Positions 7,553 to 16,914 of a DNA stretch of 19,580 bases are shown piece by piece. The notes below the pieces were generated by a model, which was not told where the DNA came from, searched no databases, and saw nothing but the letters and a program-made list of their open reading frames with translations. The position numbers and the translations under genes are program-made. The first letter of the stretch is position 1, and every line of letters starts with the position of its first letter. Source of the stretch: Candidatus Wolframiiraptor gerlachensis (GTDB lineage Archaea; Thermoproteota; Nitrososphaeria_A; Caldarchaeales; Wolframiiraptoraceae); the NCBI GenBank assembly GCA_021323375.2, contig JAJPCT020000012.1:1-19580 (forward strand), in the 5' to 3' direction.

Positions 7553-7843
7553 CTACTCACCCTTCTTCTTCCTCCCAGCCTCAGCCTCCTCAGGGAGCAT
7601 TACATGAATAACTCCATCAGAATCCTTTCTAATCAGGACCGTTATCTTTCTCGGGGGCTTCTCGGCGCCGCGGCTCCATATCAGCTCATTCACGCCATTT
7701 GAGATCCTAACCTCACCTCCCTTCATATGTCTCTGAGCGAATTTTCTGACCAGGCTTATCGCCTTCTTAGCCCTCCTCGTCCTCGACGCCTCGTAAGCAT
7801 CTCTTAGAGGGATCACATACAGCCTCTCGAGGATCTCGCTCAT
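7553..7843 (-). CDS. rpl31e: 50S ribosomal protein L31e
   Basis: ERLYVIPLR..RRAKKAI..NELIWSRGAEKPPRKI. Confidence 0.96.
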   Translation of the reverse strand: MSEILERLYVIPLRDAYEASRTRRAKKAISLVRKFAQRHMKGGEVRISNGVNELIWSRGAEKPPRKITVLIRKDSDGVIHVMLPEEAEAGRKKKGE

Positions 7844-7859
7844 GCCATCTCACACCTCA

Positions 7860-8012
7860 CTATGTCTTTATCTTGCTCCTCCTCCAATGCCTCCTCTTGA
7901 CGTGGAATCTGACCCGCCCCTTAGTTTTCATTACAACCCAGCTTGGGACGGGCCAGGCCCTCTTCATCGCTCTAGCCAGCTTTTTCTTCAAGACGAGCGT
8001 CCTGATTGTCAT
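7860..8012 (-). CDS. rpl39e: 50S ribosomal protein L39e (below ORF-track length cutoff)
   Basis: Manual translation MTIRTLVLKKKLARAMKRAWPVPSWVVMKTKGRVRFHVKRRHWRRSKIKT; RRHWRR signature; canonical position before L31e. Confidence 0.95.
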   Translation of the reverse strand: MTIRTLVLKKKLARAMKRAWPVPSWVVMKTKGRVRFHVKRRHWRRSKIKT

Positions 8013-8081
8013 CGGCTTTCCTCCCCAGATTTAACGCCCCTCCCAGGGCTTAACATAAACATTATCCTCAATCTTGGAAGT

Positions 8082-8408
8082 CTAGAGCCTTCTGATTCTT
8101 ATCTCACGCTTCGAGGTGATCCTCGCCAAGATCTCCTTGAGCATTTCATCCGTAATGGGTAATGGTACTCTTCCGGAGTTAGCGAGCTGGATAAGCTGCT
8201 CCTCTAGCTGGGCAACTAGCTCGGGCTTCACGAGCCTGAGGTTAGCGAGCCTCTGCCTCGCCTCCGGGGTCAGGATAACCCTCATCGCCGCCTGCCTCTC
8301 AGCCTCCCTCCTAAGCCTCTCCTCTTCCTCAGCCATCCTCCTCTGGAGCTCGGCCATCTTCGCGGCCTTCAGCCTCTCAAGCTCCTCATCACCCGCATCC
8401 GCGGACAT
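8082..8408 (-). CDS. PDCD5/TFAR19-like dsDNA-binding protein
   Basis: DEELERLK..ILTPEARQRLANLRLVKPE..ITDEMLKEIL..EIRIRR; likely start ATG 8408. Confidence 0.95.
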   Translation of the reverse strand: MSADAGDEELERLKAAKMAELQRRMAEEEERLRREAERQAAMRVILTPEARQRLANLRLVKPELVAQLEEQLIQLANSGRVPLPITDEMLKEILARITSKREIRIRRL

Positions 8409-8602
8409 GGGTAGCGTTCCTCCGAAAAATTCTCTAGGCAAGCCACCTTAATAGCTTCCCTCTTGACAAATACCCCACCTCAAGAGTAAATCGTCTAGAA
8501 GAATATGCGATCCTTAATCGCGGGATATGGCCAGATGCTCCCGGGATTAATAATAGCGCTATACACGGATATGTAAAATATTCGCCTACTGGTTCAGAAG
8601 AT

Positions 8603-8610
8603 TTTAAATA
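8603..8610 (+). promoter_or_regulatory. TATA box of the ABC transporter operon (probably leaderless mRNA)
   Basis: CAGAAGAT-TTTAAATA ending 25 nt before the ATG at 8636. Confidence 0.55.
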
Positions 8611-8635
8611 AGGTTGTAAAGACTGTTAAAGTGTC

Positions 8636-9985
8636 ATGAGGACCGGGAAGATTTCTAGGAGGAAGTTTCTCGGAGTAGCTAGGAGTGCCGCGATAGCAGG
8701 TATCGTGGCCGCCGGCATAGTGGGAGGGATAGCAGGATATGTTGGCGGGTCCTCGGCAGCTCCTCCCAGAACCGTTACCACAACGACGACTGTTGCAGGC
8801 GCTGCTCAAACCGTGACCGAGACTAGGACTGTGACACAGACCGTTACTGGGGCCGCTGAGCCGCTTAAAGTCGGCTATGTCTATATTGGTCCCGTCGGCG
8901 ACTATGGCTGGAGCTATGGCCATGATAGGGGTAGGCGCTGGGCTGACGAGCACTTCGGCCTGCCCGTGAAGAGCTTCTACAGGGAGAGTGTTCCGGAAGC
9001 TGAAGTGGGCAGCGCAATAGAAACCCTGATAGATGAAGGCGCTAAGTTGATCTTCACAACAAGCTTTGGCTACATGGATGCGACGGCCGAGTATGCCGCG
9101 AAGTATCCAGACCGCTACTTCGTCCACATAAGCGGCTATAGGAGCGGCGCCGCCGGTAATGCTCCGGAGAACATGAGCGCCGCCTTCGCCGAGTTCTATC
9201 AGCTCTATTATCTGAATGGCCTCGCGGCCGGAGCGGTGACCGAGACGGGTGTGATTGGATATGTTGGCGCCTACCCGATACCTGAGGTCGTCCGGCACAT
9301 AAACGCCTTCGTCCTCGGAGCGAACTACGCCTACAAGAAGAGAACCGGGAAAAACATTAAGGCACATGTGACTTGGATATTCAGCTGGGTCGCCCCAGAC
9401 GAGGCTAGGAAGGCGGCCATAGCGTTATTCGAGGAGAAGAACTGCGATGTCATCGCATTCACTGAGGATACCCCATCAGTCTTACAAGTCGCAGAGGAGT
9501 ACTGGAAGAAGGGTAGGAAGGTCTGGAGCTTCAGCCATTATAGCGACATGAGGGAGTATGGGCCGAACGCCCATCTCACGGGCCAGATAGCGAACTGGGG
9601 CCCAATCTACCTCGACTTCTATAGGATGGTCGCGACCAATAGCTGGATATCTGTTGATATCTGGGCTAGGATCGGCGACTATACGCCATATAGATGGAGG
9701 AGGCCTGTTGAGCAGAGCACGGCGGGCCAGCCTGAGGGAGCCGTGTATCTCGCCCCACTGAACCCGGTGATTCCAAGCGAGTGGCAGATGTTGATAAAGC
9801 AGAAGTATGAGGAGATGAAGGAGCTTCTCTTCGAGCCCTTCAGCGTCGAGGGCAATCTCGGTGAACCGATAAAGGATCAGAATGGCGAGGTGAGGATTAA
9901 GGCCGGTGAGCGCGCCGACCACGACATGCTTTGGAACATGGATTGGCTCGTCGAATACATCGAGGAGCCGCTGCCAAAGGCCTAG
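8636..9985 (+). CDS. BMP-family (nucleoside/purine-type) ABC substrate-binding protein with Tat signal
   Basis: ISRRKFL twin-arginine motif, hydrophobic helix, Thr-rich linker, VGYVYIGPVGDYGWSYGH, IFTTSFGYMD, PEVVRHINAF. Confidence 0.92.
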   Translation: MRTGKISRRKFLGVARSAAIAGIVAAGIVGGIAGYVGGSSAAPPRTVTTTTTVAGAAQTVTETRTVTQTVTGAAEPLKVGYVYIGPVGDYGWSYGHDRGRRWADEHFGLPVKSFYRESVPEAEVGSAIETLIDEGAKLIFTTSFGYMDATAEYAAKYPDRYFVHISGYRSGAAGNAPENMSAAFAEFYQLYYLNGLAAGAVTETGVIGYVGAYPIPEVVRHINAFVLGANYAYKKRTGKNIKAHVTWIFSWVAPDEARKAAIALFEEKNCDVIAFTEDTPSVLQVAEEYWKKGRKVWSFSHYSDMREYGPNAHLTGQIANWGPIYLDFYRMVATNSWISVDIWARIGDYTPYRWRRPVEQSTAGQPEGAVYLAPLNPVIPSEWQMLIKQKYEEMKELLFEPFSVEGNLGEPIKDQNGEVRIKAGERADHDMLWNMDWLVEYIEEPLPKA

Positions 9986-10072
9986 CCACATGCGTCATGC
10001 TCTTAAACCCCCTCTCCAATTTTTACTCGTCTTTAAGTGTCTCACTCTCGCATAATCAGGTCTTGAGAGGGT

Positions 10073-11608
10073 GTGATTGGGTTGGAGAAGCTCGTTGAGC
10101 TTCGGGGGATAGTGAAGAGGTTCCCAGGTGTGGTGGCCAATGATAGGGTGGATTTTGAACTTAGGCGTGGCGAGGTTCACGCCCTCCTCGGCGAGAATGG
10201 CGCCGGGAAGACCACGCTCATGAATATCCTCTATGGGCTCTATAAGCCCGATGAGGGAGAGATATATGTCCGGGGCAAGAGGGTTGAGCTCAGGTCTCCG
10301 AGGGACGCGATAAGCCTCGGCATAGGGATGGTTCACCAGAACTTCCGGCTCGTCGAGAGCCACACAGTCCTAGAGAATATAATTCTTGGGCTCAGGGAGG
10401 ATGGGCTGAGAATAGACTTCGAGAAGCATCGCAGGCGGATCATCGAGCTGTCCGAGAGATATGGATGGAAGATAGATCCAATGGCGAGGATCTGGCAGCT
10501 CTCTGCGGGCGAGAAGCAGCAGGTCGAGCTCCTCAAGATACTCTACAGGGGCGCTGAGATCCTGATACTGGATGAGCCAACATCAGTGCTGACCGTTCAG
10601 GAAACTCGGAGGCTCTTCGAAGCATTGAGGAGGATGGCACGGGAGGGCAAGGGCATAATATTCATCACACATAAGCTCAATGAGGTGATGGAGGTCAGCG
10701 ACAGGGTTACGGTGATGAGGAGGGGGAGGGTTGTAATCACGAAGGAGACTCGGGAGACGACGAAGGCCGAGCTCGCGAACTACATGATCGGGAGGCCGAT
10801 AGTCTTCGGTCAAAAGAAGGCCTCAGCCCAGCTCGGCGCCGTGGTCCTCAAGGTAATAGACTTGAAGGTTTTGGGTGATAGGGGCTATCCGGCGGTTAAT
10901 GGTGTGAGCCTAGAGGTTAGGAGGGGCGAGATACTCGGGATAGCTGGCGTGAGCGGTAATGGGCAGGTCGAGCTCGCTGAGGCAATCGCTGGCCTGAGAA
11001 AGCCACTAGCCGGAAGAATACTGCTAAACGGTGTTGATGCGACGGGGATGGATGCTGGGAAGATGATAGAGCTAGGCGTAGCATATATCCCGCCCGAGGG
11101 AAATAAGCTGGGAATAGTGCCCGGGTTCAGGGTCGTGGACAACCTCTTCCTTAAGGCCTACAGGTATCCGCCATACTCGAATAAGCTCCTCCTAAACTGG
11201 GGGAAGATGCTGGAGAAGGCTCGAGAGCTAATAGAGGAGTTTGGGATCGTTACGCCGAGCGCCCTTTCTAGAGCAAGCTCCCTCTCGGGTGGAAATATTC
11301 AGAGGCTGATCTTGGCGAGGGAGCTCTCTGGGATCATCGGCGGCATACCAAGGCTCATAGTCGCCGCATATCCCACTAAGGGCCTCGACATCGGCGCGAC
11401 CGAATTTGTCCACGACCTCCTCTTGAGATACAAGGAGATGGGATCGGGCATAATCTTCATCTCCGAGGACTTGGAGGAGCTCCTCCTGCTCTCCGACAGG
11501 ATAGCTGTGATGTCCGGTGGAAGGATAAGGGGCGTGCTCGCGAGAGAGGAGGCGGATGCCGAGAAGATAGGACTGTTAATGTCCGAGGCGGTTGTTCAGG
11601 CTGGGTGA
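10073..11608 (+). CDS. ABC transporter ATPase, tandem NBDs (CUT2/nucleoside type)
   Basis: GENGAGKT, LSAGEKQ, ILDEPT; second domain LSGGNIQR, YPTKGLD. Confidence 0.96.
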   Translation: MIGLEKLVELRGIVKRFPGVVANDRVDFELRRGEVHALLGENGAGKTTLMNILYGLYKPDEGEIYVRGKRVELRSPRDAISLGIGMVHQNFRLVESHTVLENIILGLREDGLRIDFEKHRRRIIELSERYGWKIDPMARIWQLSAGEKQQVELLKILYRGAEILILDEPTSVLTVQETRRLFEALRRMAREGKGIIFITHKLNEVMEVSDRVTVMRRGRVVITKETRETTKAELANYMIGRPIVFGQKKASAQLGAVVLKVIDLKVLGDRGYPAVNGVSLEVRRGEILGIAGVSGNGQVELAEAIAGLRKPLAGRILLNGVDATGMDAGKMIELGVAYIPPEGNKLGIVPGFRVVDNLFLKAYRYPPYSNKLLLNWGKMLEKARELIEEFGIVTPSALSRASSLSGGNIQRLILARELSGIIGGIPRLIVAAYPTKGLDIGATEFVHDLLLRYKEMGSGIIFISEDLEELLLLSDRIAVMSGGRIRGVLAREEADAEKIGLLMSEAVVQAG

Positions 11609-11614
11609 AGGCTC

Positions 11615-12721
11615 GTGTCTCTCAAGATCGAGACGCGGTTTGGCAGGATCAGGGTTGAGCGGAGGGTCGGATATGGCAGGCTCTACTCTATCTCGATGAC
11701 ACTTCTCTCGCTCGCATTAGCATTTCTCGTCGTAGCGCTGATACTAGCCTCACTAGGCCTAGACCCGGTCAAAGCATTTCAGGTAATCTTCGGGGTCTTC
11801 ATGAAGCCCTCGCTCCTTCTTGAGAGCATCAAGCAGTCGATCCCCATCTGCTTGGCGGCGCTCGGCCTTAGCATAGCATTCAAGATGAATTTCTGGAATA
11901 TCGGCGCGGAGGGCCAGATCTACATGGGGATGATAGCCTCAACCGGAATAGTCCTCCTACACGCATATTATGGATTCTTCCACGAGTGGATGGTCATGCC
12001 CCTCATGTTCCTCGCATCATTCCTGCTCGGCGGGGCCTGGTGCCTAATCCCCGGAGCTCTCAAGGCAAGGCTAGGCGTGAACGAGATCCTGCCAACACTC
12101 ATGCTCAACTACGTGGCAATCCTCATAGTAGACTTCCTAGTCCATGGCCCATGGAGAGATCCGAAGGGGTATGGATTCCCGCTCTCAATACCTTTTCCCG
12201 AATATACTAAGCTGAACATAGTTCTCGGAGAGCCAGCGTATACAGGACTCCTGTTCTCAATCCTCGGGGCAGCCGCGGTATTCTTCCTCCTAGAATACAC
12301 AAAGCTGGGGTTCGAGATAAAGGTGGTTGGCCAGAGCCCGGCCGTCGCGAGATATGCGGGCATCCGGGTTCGAAGCACGATACTCCTGGGCTCATTTCTC
12401 GCTGGCGGGTTAGCTGGCATCGGAGGACTCTCGATAGTGAGCGGGATAATTGGGAGGCTAAGGCCAGGAGCGTCTCCAGGCTATGGATACACGGCGATAA
12501 TAGTCGCGGCCCTCGCGGGGCTGAACCCATGGGTTACAGTGGCGGTAAGCATATTCTTCGGCGGCTTAATAACCGCCGGCGGCGCCCTCCAGATGAGCAT
12601 GGGGATCCCGAAGGCGGCGGCTCAAATGATCCAAGCAGTCATCTTTCTCATGATACTCGTGGGCGAGTTCATCAAAAGGTATAGGATAGTTATTGAGAGG
12701 CCGGGGGCGAGTGAGAGGTGA
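11615..12721 (+). CDS. ABC transporter permease 1
   Basis: Multi-TM; WNIGAEGQ, VNEIL..LMLNY, GYGYTAIIVA. Confidence 0.94.
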   Translation: MSLKIETRFGRIRVERRVGYGRLYSISMTLLSLALAFLVVALILASLGLDPVKAFQVIFGVFMKPSLLLESIKQSIPICLAALGLSIAFKMNFWNIGAEGQIYMGMIASTGIVLLHAYYGFFHEWMVMPLMFLASFLLGGAWCLIPGALKARLGVNEILPTLMLNYVAILIVDFLVHGPWRDPKGYGFPLSIPFPEYTKLNIVLGEPAYTGLLFSILGAAAVFFLLEYTKLGFEIKVVGQSPAVARYAGIRVRSTILLGSFLAGGLAGIGGLSIVSGIIGRLRPGASPGYGYTAIIVAALAGLNPWVTVAVSIFFGGLITAGGALQMSMGIPKAAAQMIQAVIFLMILVGEFIKRYRIVIERPGASER

Positions 12722-13692
12722 TCGAGTGGATAGAGTCCGTGCTTGGGCTAACAATACAGGTCGGCACAGTCTATCTCCTCGCATCCCTCGGTGAGATATA
12801 TGCTGAGCGCTCCGGGGTCCTGAACCTCGGCCTCGAGGGGATCATGGTCATGGGAGCCGCCCTCTCATTCATCTTCACGCTAGCCTATGGTCACCTCGTC
12901 GCCATACTAGTCTCAGTGGTCACTGGGATATTGATGAGCCTAATACTCGCGGTTATGGCGGTCTACATGAGGCTTAACCAGACAGTCACGGGCCTCGCGC
13001 TAACGATGCTCGGCCTCGGCCTCAGTGGCTTCCTAGCATCACCCGAGGTCAGAAAGGTGATGCTCCTAGCCCTAAACCCATTGCTTCCCGAGAGCCTCCT
13101 CGCAATCCAAGAGGCGCCAAAGCTCCCCGAGATACATGTACCCCTCCTATCCGGGATCCCAATAATAGGGTGTTTCTTCAGGCAGAATGTGCTCGTCTAT
13201 GTCTCCTATATCGCCGCGCCGCTCATGTGGTTCATATTATTCAAGACTAGGCCAGGGCTAAGCCTTAGATCGGTGGGAGAGAACCCGGCGGCCGCTGACG
13301 CTATGGGCATAAACGTCTTCAGAGTGAGATGTGTCGCAACGATGATAAGTGGTGGATTCGCGGGCCTCGCGGGAGCATACCTCTTCCTAGGATTTCAGCC
13401 ATTCTGGCGAGAGGGACTAACCGCTGGAAAGGGCTTCATAGCATTATCCCTCGTCATACTCTCAACTTGGAACCCGCTAAGAGCAATTCTAGGAGCATAT
13501 CTCTTCGGCGGCGTCGAGGTGATCCAATACAGGCTCCAGCTCTTCGGACTTGGAGCCCTAAGCCCATATCTCCTCACAATGCTCCCCTATCTTGTGGCGA
13601 TAGCAGCCCTAGTAGCAGTCTCGATCGAGAGCGTCAGGAAAAGGATAGGCGTCCCAGCATCCCTAGGAATACCATACTCGCGTGAGGAGTAG
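12718..13692 (+). CDS. ABC transporter permease 2
   Basis: ERSGVLNLGLEG, GENPAAADAMGINV, GKGFIAL, LPYL; GTGA overlap with permease 1. Confidence 0.94.
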   Translation: MIEWIESVLGLTIQVGTVYLLASLGEIYAERSGVLNLGLEGIMVMGAALSFIFTLAYGHLVAILVSVVTGILMSLILAVMAVYMRLNQTVTGLALTMLGLGLSGFLASPEVRKVMLLALNPLLPESLLAIQEAPKLPEIHVPLLSGIPIIGCFFRQNVLVYVSYIAAPLMWFILFKTRPGLSLRSVGENPAAADAMGINVFRVRCVATMISGGFAGLAGAYLFLGFQPFWREGLTAGKGFIALSLVILSTWNPLRAILGAYLFGGVEVIQYRLQLFGLGALSPYLLTMLPYLVAIAALVAVSIESVRKRIGVPASLGIPYSREE

Positions 13693-13705
13693 CTGCCTGG
13701 AAGGC

Positions 13706-14143
13706 CTAGGCCCTCCTAGCCTCTGCCTTGAGAACGGCCTTCGCCGCCTCCTCCAAGAGCTCCCTACCCTTCTCCGTCACGATCCTGCCCTTGTTATCGT
13801 ATTTCTGGACGAGGCCCGCCTCCTCGAGCTGCTGGAGAATCTTCCTTATTACCGCGCCGCTCCCCTTGGCGAACTTCGGGGGCTTATGTCCCCTCCTATG
13901 CCTACCACCATAAAGCTTTCTAAGCCTAGAAACGCCGAGAGGCCCCCTGAGATACAGCTTCCTAAGCACGGCAGCGGCCCTAATATACCACCAGTCCGGG
14001 TCTTGGGGCGGCCTCTCTTTATGCACGCCAGTCTTGACGAATGGGGCCCATGGAGGAGGCTCAATAACCCTATTCTCCTTGAAGTAGGCCGCGATCTTCT
14101 GGATGAGCTTCATGGGATTTGCGAGCTGCACATTCGACACCAT
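13706..14143 (-). CDS. rps19e: 30S ribosomal protein S19e
   Basis: PPWAPFVKTGVHKERPPQDPDWWYIRAA..KGSGAVIRKILQQLE. Confidence 0.97.
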   Translation of the reverse strand: MVSNVQLANPMKLIQKIAAYFKENRVIEPPPWAPFVKTGVHKERPPQDPDWWYIRAAAVLRKLYLRGPLGVSRLRKLYGGRHRRGHKPPKFAKGSGAVIRKILQQLEEAGLVQKYDNKGRIVTEKGRELLEEAAKAVLKAEARRA

Positions 14144-14175
14144 CCGCGGCCTCTTAAGACCTGTATGGCCACTTT

Positions 14176-14550
14176 TTATGCTTTAACCCGCATGGCCTTC
14201 TTCTCCCTAACGGCGGGAATCCTCTTGACATAGCCGCATGTGATACATGTGATAACAACATGTGTGCTTCTCTTACTTCTAACCCTCACCCTGAAGGAAC
14301 CGGGTATGTAGAATGGCGTTCCACACTTCCTGCATATCAGCCGCTTATAGGCCGCTGGAAGCCTGATCCTCGCTTTCCTGCATATCCTCAGTATGAGCTT
14401 TCCAGCCTCCCTCGCCAGCTCCGGCCTCTCCGAGGCATGCCTCCTCGCGAACTCCATAAGCCTCGCGATCCTGTCCAAGGCGATCCTCCTAACCTCGCCG
14501 GAATGTGTCAATCTCAACAATTTCGAGGGTTTTGAGCGATCCTTAAACAT
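14176..14550 (-). CDS. rnp4: Ribonuclease P protein component 4 (Rpp21/Rpr2)
   Basis: IALDRIARL, KRLICRKC and VITCITCGYVKRIP zinc ribbon; canonical position upstream of S19e. Confidence 0.9.
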   Translation of the reverse strand: MFKDRSKPSKLLRLTHSGEVRRIALDRIARLMEFARRHASERPELAREAGKLILRICRKARIRLPAAYKRLICRKCGTPFYIPGSFRVRVRSKRSTHVVITCITCGYVKRIPAVREKKAMRVKA

Positions 14551-14588
14551 AGCCTTGGCCCAAGGGTTCCCAGGGGGGCTGGAAGAGG

Positions 14589-15281
14589 TTGGAGAAGCTT
14601 ATCATGATTATCGTTGAGGCGGCGATCGAGCTTGTTCCCGAGAGTATTCAGGATCATCCATCTGTGAGGGCTTATGCGGCGAGGAGGGGTAGGAAGCCCT
14701 GGGAGATACTACTTGACAGGAGCTATCATCACTTGGCAATGAAGAGGCTGCCCGAGGCGGAGAAGCGGGGCAGGCCCGATATAACACACTTCATGCTCCT
14801 TGAGGCACTTGGCTCACCACTTAACAAGCTCGGCCTCTTAGAAGTGTATGTACATGCTAGAAGCGGCCATGTGATCTGGGTAAACCCCGAGACCAGGCTC
14901 CCAAGAGTATATGAGAGGTTTAAGGGCGTGATAGAGAAATTGTATCAGGAGCCGGTAGTCGAGGCAGATGGGAAGATCCTGCTAAAACTCGAGGAGAAGA
15001 CGTTGGATCAGCTGCTGGATGAGGTCAAGCCGGATCTAAAGATACTCCTCTCGGAGAAAGGCGAGCTGATGAAGTGGAGCAGCTTCGGGGAGCTCGTTAC
15101 ATCCGCGAGAAGACCAGCAATAATGATAGGCGGATTCCCCCACGGCGACTTCCACAAATCAACCTACGAGATTGTAGATAAAGTCATAAGTCTGTGGCCG
15201 GAGCCTCTAGAAGCTTGGATAATAGCCTCAAGAACCATATCCATAGTCGAGCATGCATTGGGAATTGGAGAAAGAATCTAA
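14589..15281 (+). CDS. nep1: 16S rRNA pseudouridine N1-methyltransferase Nep1/Emg1
   Basis: LLDRSYHH, RGRPDITH, SPLNK, RLPRVYERF, IGGFPHGDF SPOUT motifs. Confidence 0.95.
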   Translation: MEKLIMIIVEAAIELVPESIQDHPSVRAYAARRGRKPWEILLDRSYHHLAMKRLPEAEKRGRPDITHFMLLEALGSPLNKLGLLEVYVHARSGHVIWVNPETRLPRVYERFKGVIEKLYQEPVVEADGKILLKLEEKTLDQLLDEVKPDLKILLSEKGELMKWSSFGELVTSARRPAIMIGGFPHGDFHKSTYEIVDKVISLWPEPLEAWIIASRTISIVEHALGIGERI

Positions 15282-15388
15282 GAGGATTCTACGCAGGAGT
15301 TAAAGTTATGAAAAAGGGCCGCCAAGCACCAATACATTTAAAATCCGAAACATGGTATTCAAATGAGTAGTATTGGGAGGTGTTATGT

Positions 15389-16606
15389 TTGTCCGAGGAG
15401 AAGCTTGCTAGGCAAGCGTTAGAGTTTGGGGATGGAATTTTATGGCTTGCGCCGACATGGGTCCCAAGACCGCTATTCATCGGAGAGCCTGGTGGGAGGC
15501 TAAAGCTCGATAAACGGGATCTCTATGCGCTTGGGGCTGACCGAGGAGGGATATGCGAGAGATGGATAGCCTCAACAGTTAGGGCCGATAATCCCGGCGC
15601 CCCGGAGGATGAGGGTCTCAGCTATGTTGTCTTCGAATCGAATGGGGAGCTCAAGAAGATCCTGCTAAAGAGGGTGATAGAACTTATCGGAGATGATGTG
15701 CTAGGGAAGGATGTTATGCGGAAATATGGCGGCCTGAGAACATTCACGAAGTTCTTTGACTATGCTGGCCCACTCCCATTCCACCTGCATCAGAAGGATG
15801 AGCATGTGAGAAAGTATGGGAAATTCGGGAAGCCTGAGGCCTACTACTTCCCACCACAGCTGAACTTTGAGGAGAAGAGGTTCCCATACACCTTCTTCGG
15901 CCTTCATCCATCTGTGACGAAGCAAGATATCATTGAATGTCTGAAGAATTGGAATCGCGGGGATAATGGTGTCCTAGACCTTTCAAGGGCCTATAGGATC
16001 AGGCCTGGGACAAGCTGGCTCGTGCAAGCAGGCATACTCCACGCTCCCGGCTCACTCGTAACATACGAGCCTCAGGGCCCCTCCGATGTCTTCGCAATAT
16101 ATCAGTCCATGGTCGAGAGTAGACCAATACCATGGGAGGTTGCCATGAAGGATATCCCCGAGGAGCATAAGAACGACTTAGAATACATAGTCGACCTCAT
16201 AGACTGGGAGCTGAATACTGATCCTGACTTCAAGAAGAATCATTTCCTAAAACATATCCCGGCACGGGATCCCGAGGAGATGAGGGAAGAGGGCTACTAT
16301 GAGAAGTGGATAATATGCGGGTTTGAAGGCTTTAGCGCCAAGGAGCTCGTGGTCTATCCGAAAAGATCTGTCGTGATAAGAGACGCGGAGGCTTACGGCA
16401 TGATAGTGGTTCAGGGTAGGGGGAGGCTTGGAAAGCTCGAGATAGAGTCACCGACGATAATCCGATTCGGAGAATTAACACGTGACGAATTTTTCGTTAC
16501 GAAGGAGGCTGCTAAGGAGGGAGTAAGAATAGAGAACACTGGAAACGAGGAATTGGTGATATTGAAGAACTTCGGCCCGGGAAATACTGAAGCACCAAAA
16601 CTGTAA
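15389..16606 (+). CDS. Class I mannose-6-phosphate-isomerase-like cupin protein
   Basis: FFDY..PLPFHLHQ..GKPEAYY and AGILHAPG..YEPQGPSD parallel the PMI type I metal motifs; GGAGGTG SD favours TTG 15389 over GTG 15380. Confidence 0.7.
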   Translation: MSEEKLARQALEFGDGILWLAPTWVPRPLFIGEPGGRLKLDKRDLYALGADRGGICERWIASTVRADNPGAPEDEGLSYVVFESNGELKKILLKRVIELIGDDVLGKDVMRKYGGLRTFTKFFDYAGPLPFHLHQKDEHVRKYGKFGKPEAYYFPPQLNFEEKRFPYTFFGLHPSVTKQDIIECLKNWNRGDNGVLDLSRAYRIRPGTSWLVQAGILHAPGSLVTYEPQGPSDVFAIYQSMVESRPIPWEVAMKDIPEEHKNDLEYIVDLIDWELNTDPDFKKNHFLKHIPARDPEEMREEGYYEKWIICGFEGFSAKELVVYPKRSVVIRDAEAYGMIVVQGRGRLGKLEIESPTIIRFGELTRDEFFVTKEAAKEGVRIENTGNEELVILKNFGPGNTEAPKL

Positions 16607-16754
16607 TCCTGCACGAGGATGAGAACATTATCGATCTAAAAATAACCTTATTGCCTCCCCAGTGATATGTAGGTCGTTTTGCCGTTTTCTCCTGATGAGC
16701 GGAACAATAACCTCCATAAATCCTAAATAAAACATTTTAGATTCATTATACGGC

Positions 16755-16854
16755 GCGGCCGTAGTCGAGCCTGGCAACGACGCCGGCCTGCCAATATCCC
16801 TAGAGGATAGCTGAGCGCCGGCGGTCCCGGGTTCAAATCCCGGCGGCCGCACCA
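16755..16854 (+). tRNA. tRNA-Gly(GCC) with 22-nt canonical 37/38 intron (16794-16815), encoded CCA
   Basis: GCGGCCG TA GTCG..CGAC G CCGGC CTGCCA[ATATCCCTAGAGGATAGCTGAG]C GCCGG CGGTC CCGGG TTCAAAT CCCGG CGGCCGC ACCA. Confidence 0.95.
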
Positions 16855-16914
16855 TAACACTTATTCCCCACCATCAAGTAGGGGGGTAATGTAAAGTTAG
16901 AGGGCCGATCATCC

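Noticed and set aside
8594-14617. Long alternative-frame ORFs (8594-9367, 9482-9991, 13682-14233 and others)
   Set aside because: Shadow ORFs of well-supported genes, with no motifs.
16607-16754. TGATGA/CTGA words suggesting a C/D box sRNA
   Set aside because: Boxes are not in C-D'-C'-D order and spacing.
16628-16855. 75-aa minus-strand ORF (MVRPPGFEPG...)
   Set aside because: Antisense translation of tRNA-Gly; the remainder has no recognisable family.
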